DNA of 64,000 bases from Gammaproteobacteria bacterium (GCA_018820765.1 JAHJNN010000010.1:14183-78182); one strand, 5' to 3'. Counted from the stretch's first letter, positions 13,606 through 24,479 are shown. The notes: generated from the sequence alone by a model not told the origin. Made by a program: numbers and translations.

Positions 13606-13869
13606 ATGGCACACAAGAAAGCAGGCGGCAGTTCGCGTAACGGTCGCGATTCGGAGTCGAAACGTCTGGGCGTGAAGCGCTACGGCGGCGAGTTGGTTCT
13701 GGCAGGCAACATCATCGTGCGTCAGCGCGGCACCCAGTTCCACCCCGGCGACAACGTCGGCATCGGCAAGGACCACACCCTGTTCGCCAAGGCGGACGGC
13801 ACGGTCAAGTTCGAGATCAAGGGCGCTGCCCGCCGTCGCATGGTTCGCATCGAGCCGGTCGCAGCCTGA
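13606..13869 (+). CDS. rpmA: 50S ribosomal protein L27
   Basis: [28 protein letters not shown]... Confidence 0.97.
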   Translation: MAHKKAGGSSRNGRDSESKRLGVKRYGGELVLAGNIIVRQRGTQFHPGDNVGIGKDHTLFAKADGTVKFEIKGAARRRMVRIEPVAA

Positions 13870-13895
13870 TTGAGCTGAGCCCGATTCGTTCGCCA

Positions 13896-13926
13896 AAAAG
13901 CCCTGTCCGCCGGATGGGGCTTTTTT
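13896..13926 (+). terminator. Hairpin plus T-run between rpmA and obg (probable partial terminator/attenuator)
   Basis: aaaaagccctgtccgccggatggggctttttt. Confidence 0.55.
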
Positions 13927-13945
13927 GTTTGTGCGGAATTTATAG

Positions 13946-15309
<1,364 letters not shown>

Positions 15310-15317
15310 GGCATTTA

Positions 15318-15356
15318 CGCCCTCTCCCGCATGCGGGAGAGGGATGGGGAGAGGGG
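15318..15356. repeat. REP-like palindromic element, copy B (intergenic)
   Basis: ccctctccc-gcatgc-gggagaggg followed by atggggagagggggg. Same arms and tail as copy A in metG. Confidence 0.7.
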
Positions 15357-15369
15357 GGCGGAGCCGGGA

Positions 15370-17490
15370 TCATGTCGTGATGCGTCGGTAAATATCGGTG
15401 ACTTTCACCGGCAATTGTCGCACGTCATCCAGAATGATGTAACGCGCGGCGCCGTACATGTGCGGCAGGTAGTCGCGCGCGTCGCGGTCGAGGGTGACGC
15501 AGAACGGGTGGATGCCGGTGCGTGCCGCTTCCAGCAGCGCCATGCGCGTGTCCTCGATGCCGTACTGGCCGCGATAGACGTCGAAGTAGTCGTCCGGACG
15601 TCCGTCCGATAGCGTCACCAGCACGCGGGTTTTGGCTTCGACCTGATTCAGGAGCTTGGTCATGTGGCGCAGCGCAAAGCCCATACGGGTGTATTCCTGC
15701 GGGCGGATGCCGGAGATGCGCGCCTTCACCTCGTCGCCGTAGCGTTCATCGAAGGTCTTGATGCGGAATAGTTCGCAGCGCTTGCGCGTGGTGCCGGAAA
15801 AGCCGTAGATCGCGTAGCGGTCGCCCAGCAGTTCGAGCGCCTCGCACAGGAGGATCAGCGCTTCGCGCTCGGCCTCGTTGATCCAGCCCTTGGTCGAGCC
15901 GCTCATATCCACTAAAAAAGCCACCGCGATGTTGCGCTCGGCGCGATGCAGGCGCACGAACAGGCGGTCGCTCATCTCGCGGCCGTCCTTCGCATCGGCG
16001 AGCGCCTCGATCAGCGCGTCGAAGTCGATTTCGTCGCCCTGGGTCTGGCGTTTGTCGAGGCGGTTTTCGTCGCGCAAGGCTTCGAATTTCCGGCGCAGCT
16101 GCTTGACCACACCGGCATATTTGTCGAGTGTGTCGCGATAGAAACTGTCGTGGACCGGGGTGACCGGTTTTTCCCGCATCACGCACCAGTTCTTGCGGTA
16201 ATGCTGGCGGCCGTGGTCCCACTCGGGATAGAGCTCCGCGCCTTTCTCGTGATAGGTGCCGTGCCAAACGGCATCGGGATCTTCCGGCTGGTCGAAGACC
16301 TGATTCGGATCGTATTCGCCGTCGCCCGCCGGGGTCAGGTACTCGGGGGGAATTTCGCCGAAGTCGAGATACACCGAGGTGAGCAGCTGCTTGACGGTGT
16401 CGGGTGGCGCGAGCGGGGCGCCGTCGAGGGTGATTTCGAAGTCGAGCCGGCCGTTCTCGTCGCGTGTCTCGACCTCCAGCGCGGGCGGTGTTTCGGGCAT
16501 TGCCTGCGACTCGGCCTGCGCGGCCGCGTGCTCCTCCAGCAGTTCGGCGAGCCGGATGCGCAGCCGCGCCTTTTCCTTGTCCAGCCGCGCGGCGCGGGCG
16601 GCGGCGATCGCCTCCGGGCGCAGGCAACCCTGGTCGCTCCACTGTGGATACTCGGCTTCATCATAGGCAGCGTCGAGCAGCGCCAGGCTGTCATCCAGCG
16701 TGGCCTGGTCGCTGGCGAGCGTCGCTTCGAAACGCTGCCAGCCCGCCGGAAGTTCGGGATCGAGCAGGCCGCGCAGACGCTGCATCTGGCGGTGCAGGCC
16801 GGGCAGCTCGCGCGCGATGCGCGCAGACAGCCGCAGCGTTTCCAGCGCGTGCAGGCGGGTCAAGGCGCGTTCGGGATCGGCATATCGGGCAGCGATGCCG
16901 GCATGGTCGACGCGCAGGCTGCCGAAGCGGGTTTGCGCCCACAACAGCGCGACGGTGACCTTGGCGAGCTGGAAATTGTCGTCCAGGTTCGGCAGGGCGG
17001 CGATCAGCGGCGGCAGCACGATGCGCTCGCCGTCGGTCCAGGCGGCGTCGCCTTCCTCGATGCGCAGCCGCCGGCCCGAGAGGCCGCAGACGAAATTGCC
17101 CAGCACCGGCGCGATGTCCTCGAACAGCGCGCCGGCCGCATCGTTCCGGTGCTGCGCGTCGTCGAACGTATCGACTTGCTCCATCACCCTGAGCGCGGTC
17201 TGCAGCCCGCTGCGGTCGAATACGTCGCAGGTGTGCACCGCCCACGCCTCCAGCAGGCGCCGCTCCATGCGCGGAAGCAGCGCCGGCGCACGGCGGCCGA
17301 ACTGCCAGGCGAGCGTGATGTGGGTGGAGGCGATACGGCGAATCCAGCCGAGGATGAAATCCTGCTCGTCGCGCGTCAGCACGGTGAGTTCGGCGGCGAG
17401 CTGCTCGACCTTGAAATAGGTGAATTCGGTTTCCAGCCAGACGTGGAGGCTGGCTTCCATCTCGGCGGCCGTAAGTTGCAGCTGGGCCAT
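15370..17490 (-). CDS. cbbO: CbbO/NorD-family von Willebrand factor A protein
   Basis: 706 aa. C-terminal vWA domain with MIDAS motif FLVDMSGST, then YPEWDHGRQHYRKNWCVMRE. Its start overlaps the stop of the CbbQ/NorQ gene by 1 nt. Confidence 0.8.
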   Translation of the reverse strand: MAQLQLTAAEMEASLHVWLETEFTYFKVEQLAAELTVLTRDEQDFILGWIRRIASTHITLAWQFGRRAPALLPRMERRLLEAWAVHTCDVFDRSGLQTALRVMEQVDTFDDAQHRNDAAGALFEDIAPVLGNFVCGLSGRRLRIEEGDAAWTDGERIVLPPLIAALPNLDDNFQLAKVTVALLWAQTRFGSLRVDHAGIAARYADPERALTRLHALETLRLSARIARELPGLHRQMQRLRGLLDPELPAGWQRFEATLASDQATLDDSLALLDAAYDEAEYPQWSDQGCLRPEAIAAARAARLDKEKARLRIRLAELLEEHAAAQAESQAMPETPPALEVETRDENGRLDFEITLDGAPLAPPDTVKQLLTSVYLDFGEIPPEYLTPAGDGEYDPNQVFDQPEDPDAVWHGTYHEKGAELYPEWDHGRQHYRKNWCVMREKPVTPVHDSFYRDTLDKYAGVVKQLRRKFEALRDENRLDKRQTQGDEIDFDALIEALADAKDGREMSDRLFVRLHRAERNIAVAFLVDMSGSTKGWINEAEREALILLCEALELLGDRYAIYGFSGTTRKRCELFRIKTFDERYGDEVKARISGIRPQEYTRMGFALRHMTKLLNQVEAKTRVLVTLSDGRPDDYFDVYRGQYGIEDTRMALLEAARTGIHPFCVTLDRDARDYLPHMYGAARYIILDDVRQLPVKVTDIYRRITT

Positions 17491-18302
17491 CAGAAGATGG
17501 AGGAGGACAGCTCCTGGATCGCCTTGAGCATGTCGGCGTCGTCGGTGACGGCCTGCGCGACCGCCGATTTGCAGGCAGTGACCGGACTGATCCCGTCTGC
17601 GATCAGCTTGCCGGCGTGCACCAGCAGGCGCGTGGAGGCGCCTTCCTCCAGCCCGCTGCCCTTGAGGTTGCGCGTCATCTGCGCGAAACGCACCAGGTTG
17701 TCGGCGACGGCGTCGCTGACGCCGGACTCGGTGGCGACGATGCGGCGCTCGAGCGCGGCCGACGGGTAGTCGAACTCCAGCGCGACGAAGCGCTGGCGGG
17801 TCGACTGCTTGAGGTCCTTCAACACGCTCTGGTAGCCGGGATTGTAGGAAATCGCCAGGCAGAACTCGGGTGGCGCCTCGACCATCTGGCCGAGCTTTTC
17901 CATCGGCAGCGTGCGGCGGTCGTCGGCCAGCGGGTGGATCACCACCATGGTGTCCTTGCGTGCCTCGACGATTTCATCCAGGTAGCAGATGCCGCCGCAG
18001 CGCACCGCGCGGGTGAGCGGGCCGTCGACCCACACGGTCTCGCCGCCCTTCACCAGATAGCGGCCGACCAGGTCGGAGGCAGTGAGGTCGTCGTGGCACG
18101 ATACCGTGATCAGTGGCCGCTTCAGCCGCCACGCCATGTGTTCCATGAAGCGCGTCTTGCCGCAGCCGGTGGGACCTTTCAGCAGAACCGGAATCTGTTG
18201 CCGGTAGGCGGCCTCGAACAGCTGGATTTCGTCGCCGACGGCTTCGTAATACGGCTCTTTTTCGATTAGGTGGTGCGAAGGGTCGAGGGTGCGGGCGTTC
18301 AT
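17490..18302 (-). CDS. cbbQ: CbbQ/NorQ/NirQ-family MoxR AAA+ ATPase
   Basis: 270 aa: [37 protein letters not shown] (Walker A), [10 protein letters not shown] (Walker B), ISYNPGYQ. Confidence 0.88.
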   Translation of the reverse strand: MNARTLDPSHHLIEKEPYYEAVGDEIQLFEAAYRQQIPVLLKGPTGCGKTRFMEHMAWRLKRPLITVSCHDDLTASDLVGRYLVKGGETVWVDGPLTRAVRCGGICYLDEIVEARKDTMVVIHPLADDRRTLPMEKLGQMVEAPPEFCLAISYNPGYQSVLKDLKQSTRQRFVALEFDYPSAALERRIVATESGVSDAVADNLVRFAQMTRNLKGSGLEEGASTRLLVHAGKLIADGISPVTACKSAVAQAVTDDADMLKAIQELSSSIF

Positions 18303-18317
18303 GGTCGGGATGGGTTT

Positions 18318-18791
18318 TCAGAAGCAGCCGGATTGCTGCTTCTTGCGTTCGAGTTCTTTGACTTCCGTGTCCCAGGCATCCATCTGTTCCTGCGTGTAGC
18401 CCTTGCGGCGTGCCGCATCCATTTTGTCGAACACGCGCCCCAGTTTGTCGGTCAGCGTGTCGCACTGGCGCGCCGAGGCTTGTACTGCAGGCTTGCCCGT
18501 GGTGCGCCGGGTTTCGAGGCGAATGGGGGCCGGCTCAGGGGCGCGGGTCGCCGCTTTGGGGGCGGCTGGTGCGGGAGGCGCCTGGATCTGGACAGGCTGC
18601 ACGCGCACCGGATCGGGCAGCGGTGCGGGGTCGATTTCCACTTTGCTCGCTTCCCGCGCGTTGCGGCAGGGCAGGTTGGAATAAGTCACCTTGCCCTGCG
18701 CGTCGATGCACTTGTTGAGCGTGGGCTGCGCCGACGCACCTGCGGGGAGCAGGGCCGGCAACACGAGCAGGGCCAGTGCAAGCACACGCAT
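18318..18791 (-). CDS. DUF4124-like exported protein
   Basis: MRVLALALLVLPALLPAGASA signal peptide, then LNKCIDAQGKVTYSNLPC and a Pro/Ala-rich linker. The start is set at the ATG at 18791, inside the longer shadow ORF. Confidence 0.6.
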   Translation of the reverse strand: MRVLALALLVLPALLPAGASAQPTLNKCIDAQGKVTYSNLPCRNAREASKVEIDPAPLPDPVRVQPVQIQAPPAPAAPKAATRAPEPAPIRLETRRTTGKPAVQASARQCDTLTDKLGRVFDKMDAARRKGYTQEQMDAWDTEVKELERKKQQSGCF

Positions 18792-18796
18792 GGGGG

Positions 18797-19708
18797 TCAG
18801 TGTTCGCCCGAATACTTGTCGTCTTCCAGTTCCATCTTTTTCTGGAATTCGGCGTCCTTTTCCTGCTCGGCCAGGGCGCGGCGGCGGGCGAGGCGCTTCT
18901 CGTAGGCATCCGGGCGTTCCTCGACGAATTTTTCGCCGAACAGGGTGTGGCGCAGGAAATTCAGGCCGAAGTCGAGCAGGGCTTCGTCGTCGGCGATCAG
19001 CAGCGCCATGACGTCGACCGGGATGTCGTAGGTGTCGTTGAAGCTCGGGCTCATGACGAAGGCACGGAAGCGGTCGACGTCGTAGCTCGCCATGAAGAAC
19101 AGCTGGTTGGACACCGGCGTCGGCTTGCCGATGGCGGGGCCGGCCGACTTGCGCTTGACCACCAGTTGGCGCCAGGCATGGGCTTTCTCGTCGTATTCGG
19201 CCACGCCCTGTTCGGCACGGTATTGCTCGATGGTTTGCGTCTTGTCCTCGAAATGGCCGAGGCAGTGCGGCTCTCTCACCATGGCATAGGCGCTGCGGTC
19301 GACATATTCGTCCGAGCGGCGCATGGTCAAGAGGGCGACCGGGTAGTAACGGCAGGCGGTCGGGCGGTCTTCGTAAACGCCGCAGCCTTCGGGGGTCATG
19401 AACTGGCAGGCGGTGCCGCCCTCGACCGGCTTCAGCTTGACGCCGGGCATGCCGTCCTTGTCCATCTCGAACGGCACGGAATATTGATTGAGAAACTCGC
19501 CGGACGACATGTCCAGGCGTTTCTTCAGGCGCAGGATGTCGTAGGGCGTCAGCGGGATGTCGATGTTGCTGCAGCAGGCGTTCCAGCACTTGACGTTGCG
19601 ATGGCAGCGGAACTGCAGCGTCGCGTCTTCCGTCAGCATGATGGGTTTGACCGGACTGCCCGCAAACGGGGAGTCTTCGATCATGTCTTTGAATTCGGAT
19701 TCGTTCAT
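18797..19708 (-). CDS. YkgJ/UPF0153-type cysteine-cluster (putative Fe/Zn-binding) protein
   Basis: 303 aa with CHRNVKCWNACCSN plus CQFMTPEGCGVYEDRPTACRYYP, the CxxCxxCC-family pattern. 5 nt upstream of the DUF4124 gene. Confidence 0.6.
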   Translation of the reverse strand: MNESEFKDMIEDSPFAGSPVKPIMLTEDATLQFRCHRNVKCWNACCSNIDIPLTPYDILRLKKRLDMSSGEFLNQYSVPFEMDKDGMPGVKLKPVEGGTACQFMTPEGCGVYEDRPTACRYYPVALLTMRRSDEYVDRSAYAMVREPHCLGHFEDKTQTIEQYRAEQGVAEYDEKAHAWRQLVVKRKSAGPAIGKPTPVSNQLFFMASYDVDRFRAFVMSPSFNDTYDIPVDVMALLIADDEALLDFGLNFLRHTLFGEKFVEERPDAYEKRLARRRALAEQEKDAEFQKKMELEDDKYSGEH

Positions 19709-19832
19709 GGTTCAACCTCGTGGGGCAGGGCCCCTTACTTCAAAAATCAAATAACACACAGTCGGGAGTGCGTAGGGTACGCGCTTTCAACTGGATGCTA
19801 AACCTTGTCGGCCGTGCAGTCTTGATGGCCTG

Positions 19833-19865
19833 AAAAAAACCGGGCGCCCTGAGGCGCCCGGTTTT
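19833..19865 (-). terminator. Strong rho-independent terminator after aprA
   Basis: aaaaaaa-ccgggcgcc-ctga-ggcgcccgg-tttt. The minus-strand RNA ends in a U-run. Confidence 0.8.
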
Positions 19866-19918
19866 CAGGGGCGCCCGGTAAACGTGGCGCGCCCGGAGTT
19901 TACTGCAACACTGATGAT

Positions 19919-21940
19919 TTAGTGGGCAGCGGGCTTGAACAGCTTGGACTTGTCGACCAGATCCACGTGGGCGCGCTTGAAGCAGTTCCACTGTTTGGAG
20001 TTCTTGTCGTAGACCGAGTTCACGAAGCAGTGCCAATTTTCCTCATCGACAAAGTTCTTGTCCATGCGGTAGTAGAAGCCGGGGTAACGGCTTTCCTCAC
20101 GGAACTGGATGTGCTTCATGTGGGCTTCGGCCGTCAGGATGCGGTGGTAGTTTTCCCACGCGCGCAGCAGTTCGTGCAGGTCCTTCGCACGCATCTTCTC
20201 TGCGTCTTCCTTCAGCATGTTCAGCTTGTCTTCAGCCACGCCCAGCATGTTGGCATTGGTCGTGTAGTAGGTGGCGACGCCGGCAACATACTCGTCCATG
20301 ATCTTCTGCAGACGGAACTGCAGCATCTTGGGCGTGATGTAGTTGGGGTTGACGTCGATTGCCGTGGTGTAGTCCTTGTACTCGAGGTAGGTACGCACCG
20401 GCTTGTAGATGTCTTCCACCAGCTGTTCGACGGAGGTGTCGAGCTCGGGTTTCCAGTCCTTGTTGTCGATGCAGTACTTGACCATGGCCTTGGCGCACAT
20501 GCGGCCTTCGGCGTGCGAGCCGGAGGAGAACTTGTGGCCGGAGGCGCCCACGCCGTCACCGGCAGTGAACAGACCCTTGACCGTGGTCATCGAGCGATAG
20601 CCCCAGCTCCAGCCCTTGGGCAGGTGTGCCGGAATCTTGCCCGCGTCGGCGTGGCCTTCGTCGGTCGGTGCGCCGAGGTCGGTCGGACCCGACACCCAGA
20701 TGCCGCAGCAACCGGAGTGGCTACCCAGCAGGTAGGGCTCGGTCGGCATCAGTTCGGAGTTCTTCTTCTCCGGTTCGACGTTCTCGCCCACCCAGATACC
20801 GCACTGGCCGACGCACATGTCGAGGAAGTCTTCCCAGGCTTCGGCTTCCAGGTGCTTCACTTCGCGCGGGGTCAGGGTCTCACGCAGTTTCGCGAGAGCG
20901 GTCACGGTGTCCATGTAGATGGGGCCGCGGCCTTCCTTCATTTCCTTCAGCATCAGGTGGTTACGCAGGCACGATGCGGGAACGGCTGCCTGCCCGTAGG
21001 GGGGGTAGTCGTTCAGCAGTTCCTTGTTCTTCACCATGTAGACTTCGCCGTAGGCGTTGACGGCCTGGGCCTTGAACAGCAGGAACCAGGCGCCGACCGG
21101 GCCGTAGCCGTCCTTGAAGCGGGCGGGCACGAAACGGTTTTCCATCATGGTCAGCTCGGCGCCGGCTTCGGCAGCCATCGCGTAGGTCGAGCCGGCGTTC
21201 CACACCGGGTACCAGGCACGGCCGGTACCTTCACCGACGGAGCGCGGACGGAAGATGTTCACGCAACCACCGGCGGCCAGCAGGATCGCCTTGGCCTTGT
21301 ACACGACAACTTTATGGTCGCGGGTCGAGAAGCCGACGGCACCGGCGATGCGCTGCGGGTCGTTCTTGTCGTTGACCAGCTTGACGATGAAGATGCGCTC
21401 TTCGATGCGGTCCATGCCGAGCGCCTTCTTGGTGGCTTCGGCAACGATCCACTTGTAGGATTCGCCGTTGATCATGATCTGCCATTTGCCGGAACGCACG
21501 GGCTTGCCGCCGTCCTTCAGCGAGGGTAGGCCCTGGGCGCCGTCGTGGCGTTCGCCGTTTTCGTCGGTTTTCCAGATCGGCAGACCCCATTCCTCGAACA
21601 GGTGCACGGAATCATCCACGTTGCGGCCCAGGTCATAGGCCAAGTCGTCGCGGGTGATGCCCATCAGGTCGTTGGAGACCATGCGGGCGTAGTCGGCGGG
21701 ATCCTGCTCGGAGCCGATGTAGGTGTTGATCGCGGACAGACCCTGCGCCACGGCGCCGGAGCGGTCCATGGCAGCCTTGTCGACCAGCTTGATTTTCAGG
21801 TCCATGCCCAGCTCGGCCTTGGCGGCGTCTGCCCAGCGCATGATTTCATAACCGGCGCCGCAGCAAGCCATGCCGCCGCCGATCAGGAGGACGTCGACTT
21901 CCTCCTGGACTACTTCGGGATTACCAAATTCTCCAGCCAT
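19919..21940 (-). CDS. aprA: Adenylylsulfate (APS) reductase alpha subunit
   Basis: 673 aa. FAD-binding N-terminus VDVLLIGGGMACCGAGYE, and adjacent to aprB and sat. Confidence 0.93.
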   Translation of the reverse strand: MAGEFGNPEVVQEEVDVLLIGGGMACCGAGYEIMRWADAAKAELGMDLKIKLVDKAAMDRSGAVAQGLSAINTYIGSEQDPADYARMVSNDLMGITRDDLAYDLGRNVDDSVHLFEEWGLPIWKTDENGERHDGAQGLPSLKDGGKPVRSGKWQIMINGESYKWIVAEATKKALGMDRIEERIFIVKLVNDKNDPQRIAGAVGFSTRDHKVVVYKAKAILLAAGGCVNIFRPRSVGEGTGRAWYPVWNAGSTYAMAAEAGAELTMMENRFVPARFKDGYGPVGAWFLLFKAQAVNAYGEVYMVKNKELLNDYPPYGQAAVPASCLRNHLMLKEMKEGRGPIYMDTVTALAKLRETLTPREVKHLEAEAWEDFLDMCVGQCGIWVGENVEPEKKNSELMPTEPYLLGSHSGCCGIWVSGPTDLGAPTDEGHADAGKIPAHLPKGWSWGYRSMTTVKGLFTAGDGVGASGHKFSSGSHAEGRMCAKAMVKYCIDNKDWKPELDTSVEQLVEDIYKPVRTYLEYKDYTTAIDVNPNYITPKMLQFRLQKIMDEYVAGVATYYTTNANMLGVAEDKLNMLKEDAEKMRAKDLHELLRAWENYHRILTAEAHMKHIQFREESRYPGFYYRMDKNFVDEENWHCFVNSVYDKNSKQWNCFKRAHVDLVDKSKLFKPAAH

Positions 21941-21958
21941 TTCATTTACCTCTCTAAA

Positions 21959-22432
21959 TTACTTGCGAATCAGTTCGGCAGGGTTACCGGCACGGTAACC
22001 ACCCATCATGTCCCGGGTGAACGAACCCGTGGATTCGATATCAGCCATCTTGGGCATGGGCTTGTTGCCATAGGGATCGATCGAACCTTCGGGCGTGGTG
22101 CGGATCGGGAACTTGAAGCGCTTCAGTGTGCCGTTACGGAACTTGATGGTCCACATGATGGAATCGGAACCACGCAGGGGCTGCACCATGCCGCCCAGCG
22201 GCACGACGTCGGCGTAGTGGCGGACTTCGATCGCCTGCTGCGGGCAGATCTTCACGCAGGAATAGCACTCCCAGCACTGCTCGGGCTCCTGGTTGAAGGC
22301 GCGCATGGCATGGCCGGTTTCCGAACCGTCCTTGTCCAGCTTCATCAGGTCGTGCGGGCAGATGTACATGCAAGCGGTCTTATCCTGACCTTTGCAGCCG
22401 TCGCACTTGTCGGTACGAACATAGGTTGGCAT
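21959..22432 (-). CDS. aprB: Adenylylsulfate reductase beta subunit (2x[4Fe-4S])
   Basis: MPTYVRTDKCDGCKGQDKTACMYICPHDLM...CWECYSCVKICP. Confidence 0.93.
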   Translation of the reverse strand: MPTYVRTDKCDGCKGQDKTACMYICPHDLMKLDKDGSETGHAMRAFNQEPEQCWECYSCVKICPQQAIEVRHYADVVPLGGMVQPLRGSDSIMWTIKFRNGTLKRFKFPIRTTPEGSIDPYGNKPMPKMADIESTGSFTRDMMGGYRAGNPAELIRK

Positions 22433-22555
22433 TACAGTCTCCTAAAGTTAGCTAACAATCCGCGTACGTCGCGGTCCGATTAGAACTGAACCCGTCCTTG
22501 GCCGGGGCGACTCGCGAATCCGCTTCCGGTAGGCTCGTGTCCTAAAACCCTTGTT

Positions 22556-22579
22556 CCATCCGGCGTGTCTGCCGGATGG
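22556..22579 (-). other. Intercistronic stem-loop between sat and aprB
   Basis: ccatccggc-gtgtct-gccggatgg, 7 nt downstream of the sat stop, with no U-run. Confidence 0.4.
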
Positions 22580-22585
22580 AGAAAA

Positions 22586-23794
22586 TCACGCCGCCGAGTG
22601 GCCTTTCAACTCGATCTTGACGTTCTGTTCCGCGGTCAGACCAGCGTAGTATTTCTGCAGCACCTTGGCGACTTCGGGGCGGCTGAATTCGACCGGCAGA
22701 TCCTGGCCTTCGGACAGCATCGAACGCACCTTGGTGCCGGACAGCAGGATGCGGTCGTCCTTGGTGTGCGGGCAGGTGCGCTGCGAGGCCATGCCGCCGC
22801 ACTTGTTGCACCAGAAGGTCCAGTCGATGTTCATGTTCACGGTTTCGAGCGAGCCCTTGGGGATCTCGTCGAAAATCTTCTGGGCGTCGAAGGGGCCGTA
22901 GTAGTCGCCGACGCCGGCGTGGTCGCGGCCGACGATCAGGTGCGAGCAGCCGTAGTTCTGGCGGAACAAGGCGTGCAGCAGCGCTTCGCGCGGGCCGGCG
23001 TAGCGCATGTCGAGCGGATAGCCGGCCTGGATCACGGTGTTGGGGGCGAAATAGTTGTCGACCAGCACGCTGATCGCTTCGGAACGCACTTCGGCGGGAA
23101 TGTCGCCCGGCTTCAGCGCGCCCAGCAGCGAGTGGACCAGCACGCCGTCCATGGTTTCGATGGCGATCTTGGCCAGGTATTCGTGGCTGCGGTGCATCGG
23201 GTTGCGGGTCTGGAAGGCAGCGACCTTGGACCAGCCCAGCTGTTCGAACTTGGCGCGGGTTTCGGCGGGCGTCATGAACTGGTCGCCGTACTCTTCCTTG
23301 AAGCTGCCGGTGGACAGCACCTTGACCGGACCGGCCAGGTTGTACTTGCCCTGCGCCATGACCATCTTGACGCCGGGATGCTCGAGGTCGGTGGTCTTGT
23401 AGACCTGCATGCACTCGTGGGCCTTGTCGATGCCGTATTTCTCGGTCACCTTCATGGTGCCCATGATGTCGCCGGTTTCGCCGTCGACCAGGGCGATCTC
23501 GTCACCGGCCTTGATCGCTTCGTCATCGGTGGACAGCGTGACCGGGATCGGCCAGAACAGGCCGTTGGCCATCTTGTAACCGTCGCACACGCCTTCCCAG
23601 TCGCCGTGGGTCATGAAGCCGTCGAGCGGGGTGAAGCCGCCGATGCCCATCATGATGAGGTCGCCGGTTTCGCGCGAGCTCATCTTGACCTTGGGCAGCG
23701 AGGCCGCGCGGGTTTTTTCGGCGGCGAGTGCGTCGCCCGTCAGCAGCAGGGGTTTGAGTTCACCGCCACCGTGGGGGCGTACCAGTTTGGACAT
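22586..23794 (-). CDS. sat: Sulfate adenylyltransferase (ATP sulfurylase)
   Basis: 402 aa: [14 protein letters not shown] and [17 protein letters not shown] motifs. Confidence 0.93.
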   Translation of the reverse strand: MSKLVRPHGGGELKPLLLTGDALAAEKTRAASLPKVKMSSRETGDLIMMGIGGFTPLDGFMTHGDWEGVCDGYKMANGLFWPIPVTLSTDDEAIKAGDEIALVDGETGDIMGTMKVTEKYGIDKAHECMQVYKTTDLEHPGVKMVMAQGKYNLAGPVKVLSTGSFKEEYGDQFMTPAETRAKFEQLGWSKVAAFQTRNPMHRSHEYLAKIAIETMDGVLVHSLLGALKPGDIPAEVRSEAISVLVDNYFAPNTVIQAGYPLDMRYAGPREALLHALFRQNYGCSHLIVGRDHAGVGDYYGPFDAQKIFDEIPKGSLETVNMNIDWTFWCNKCGGMASQRTCPHTKDDRILLSGTKVRSMLSEGQDLPVEFSRPEVAKVLQKYYAGLTAEQNVKIELKGHSAA

Positions 23795-23916
23795 GCTGTC
23801 TCCTCAGACTTTATAGGGGTATTAAAGTGCTAGCAGGATAGCACCCGGCCTGACGCCTGAATAATGCTTTATTTTTATTTGAGGATAAGCGGGTTTGATA
23901 TTCGACTGCAGAAACG

Positions 23917-23942
23917 AAAAAGCCCGGATAACCGGGCTTTTT
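23917..23942 (-). terminator. Rho-independent terminator after the 137-aa gene
   Basis: aaaagcccgg-ataa-ccgggcttttt. Confidence 0.8.
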
Positions 23943-23959
23943 GTTGTCGGAACAAATAC

Positions 23960-24373
23960 TTAGGCGTCGAAGAAGGCGGGCATGTCGGTTTGCTCGGTTT
24001 TGATCACGTCGACCCAGGCGGGTTTGGTGTCGGCGCCGGCGGCAGACAGCTTTTTGGTTTCTTCGTAGAGCATTTTCCAGCGGTTGTAGAGACAGTCGCT
24101 GACCTTGCGCATGCCCGAGTCGAAGTAGGAATTGTGCAAATCGCCAATGGTGCGGGTGAAGGATTCCATCTGTTCCAGCAGATTGTGCGGATAGCCTTGG
24201 CGATTGGGGTCGGCGTACTTGACCATTTCGCGCTTGACCGCGCGCACGAAGACTTTCTGGCCTTCGGTGAGATCGGCTTCGGTGCGGGGCGCACCGCCGA
24301 AATTCATCACTTCCTGAATGAAACTGTTCAGGCGTTCGCCGAAATCGAAGTTGGCGTAATCGACGTTTTGCAT
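23960..24373 (-). CDS. Hypothetical 137-aa cytoplasmic protein (monocistronic)
   Basis: ORF MQNVDYANFDFGERLNSFIQEVMNFGG...; no signal peptide, and no family recognised. It has its own terminator and upstream intergenic region. Confidence 0.55.
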   Translation of the reverse strand: MQNVDYANFDFGERLNSFIQEVMNFGGAPRTEADLTEGQKVFVRAVKREMVKYADPNRQGYPHNLLEQMESFTRTIGDLHNSYFDSGMRKVSDCLYNRWKMLYEETKKLSAAGADTKPAWVDVIKTEQTDMPAFFDA

Positions 24374-24479
24374 AAAGCCTCCGTTGTCTGATAGTGCTTT
24401 TGAAACTGGACGTGAATCCGGTGCCTATCCTACGCCGCGCGATGCGGCTGTCCAGCGCCTTCTCGGGGCGGTCGGGCGA

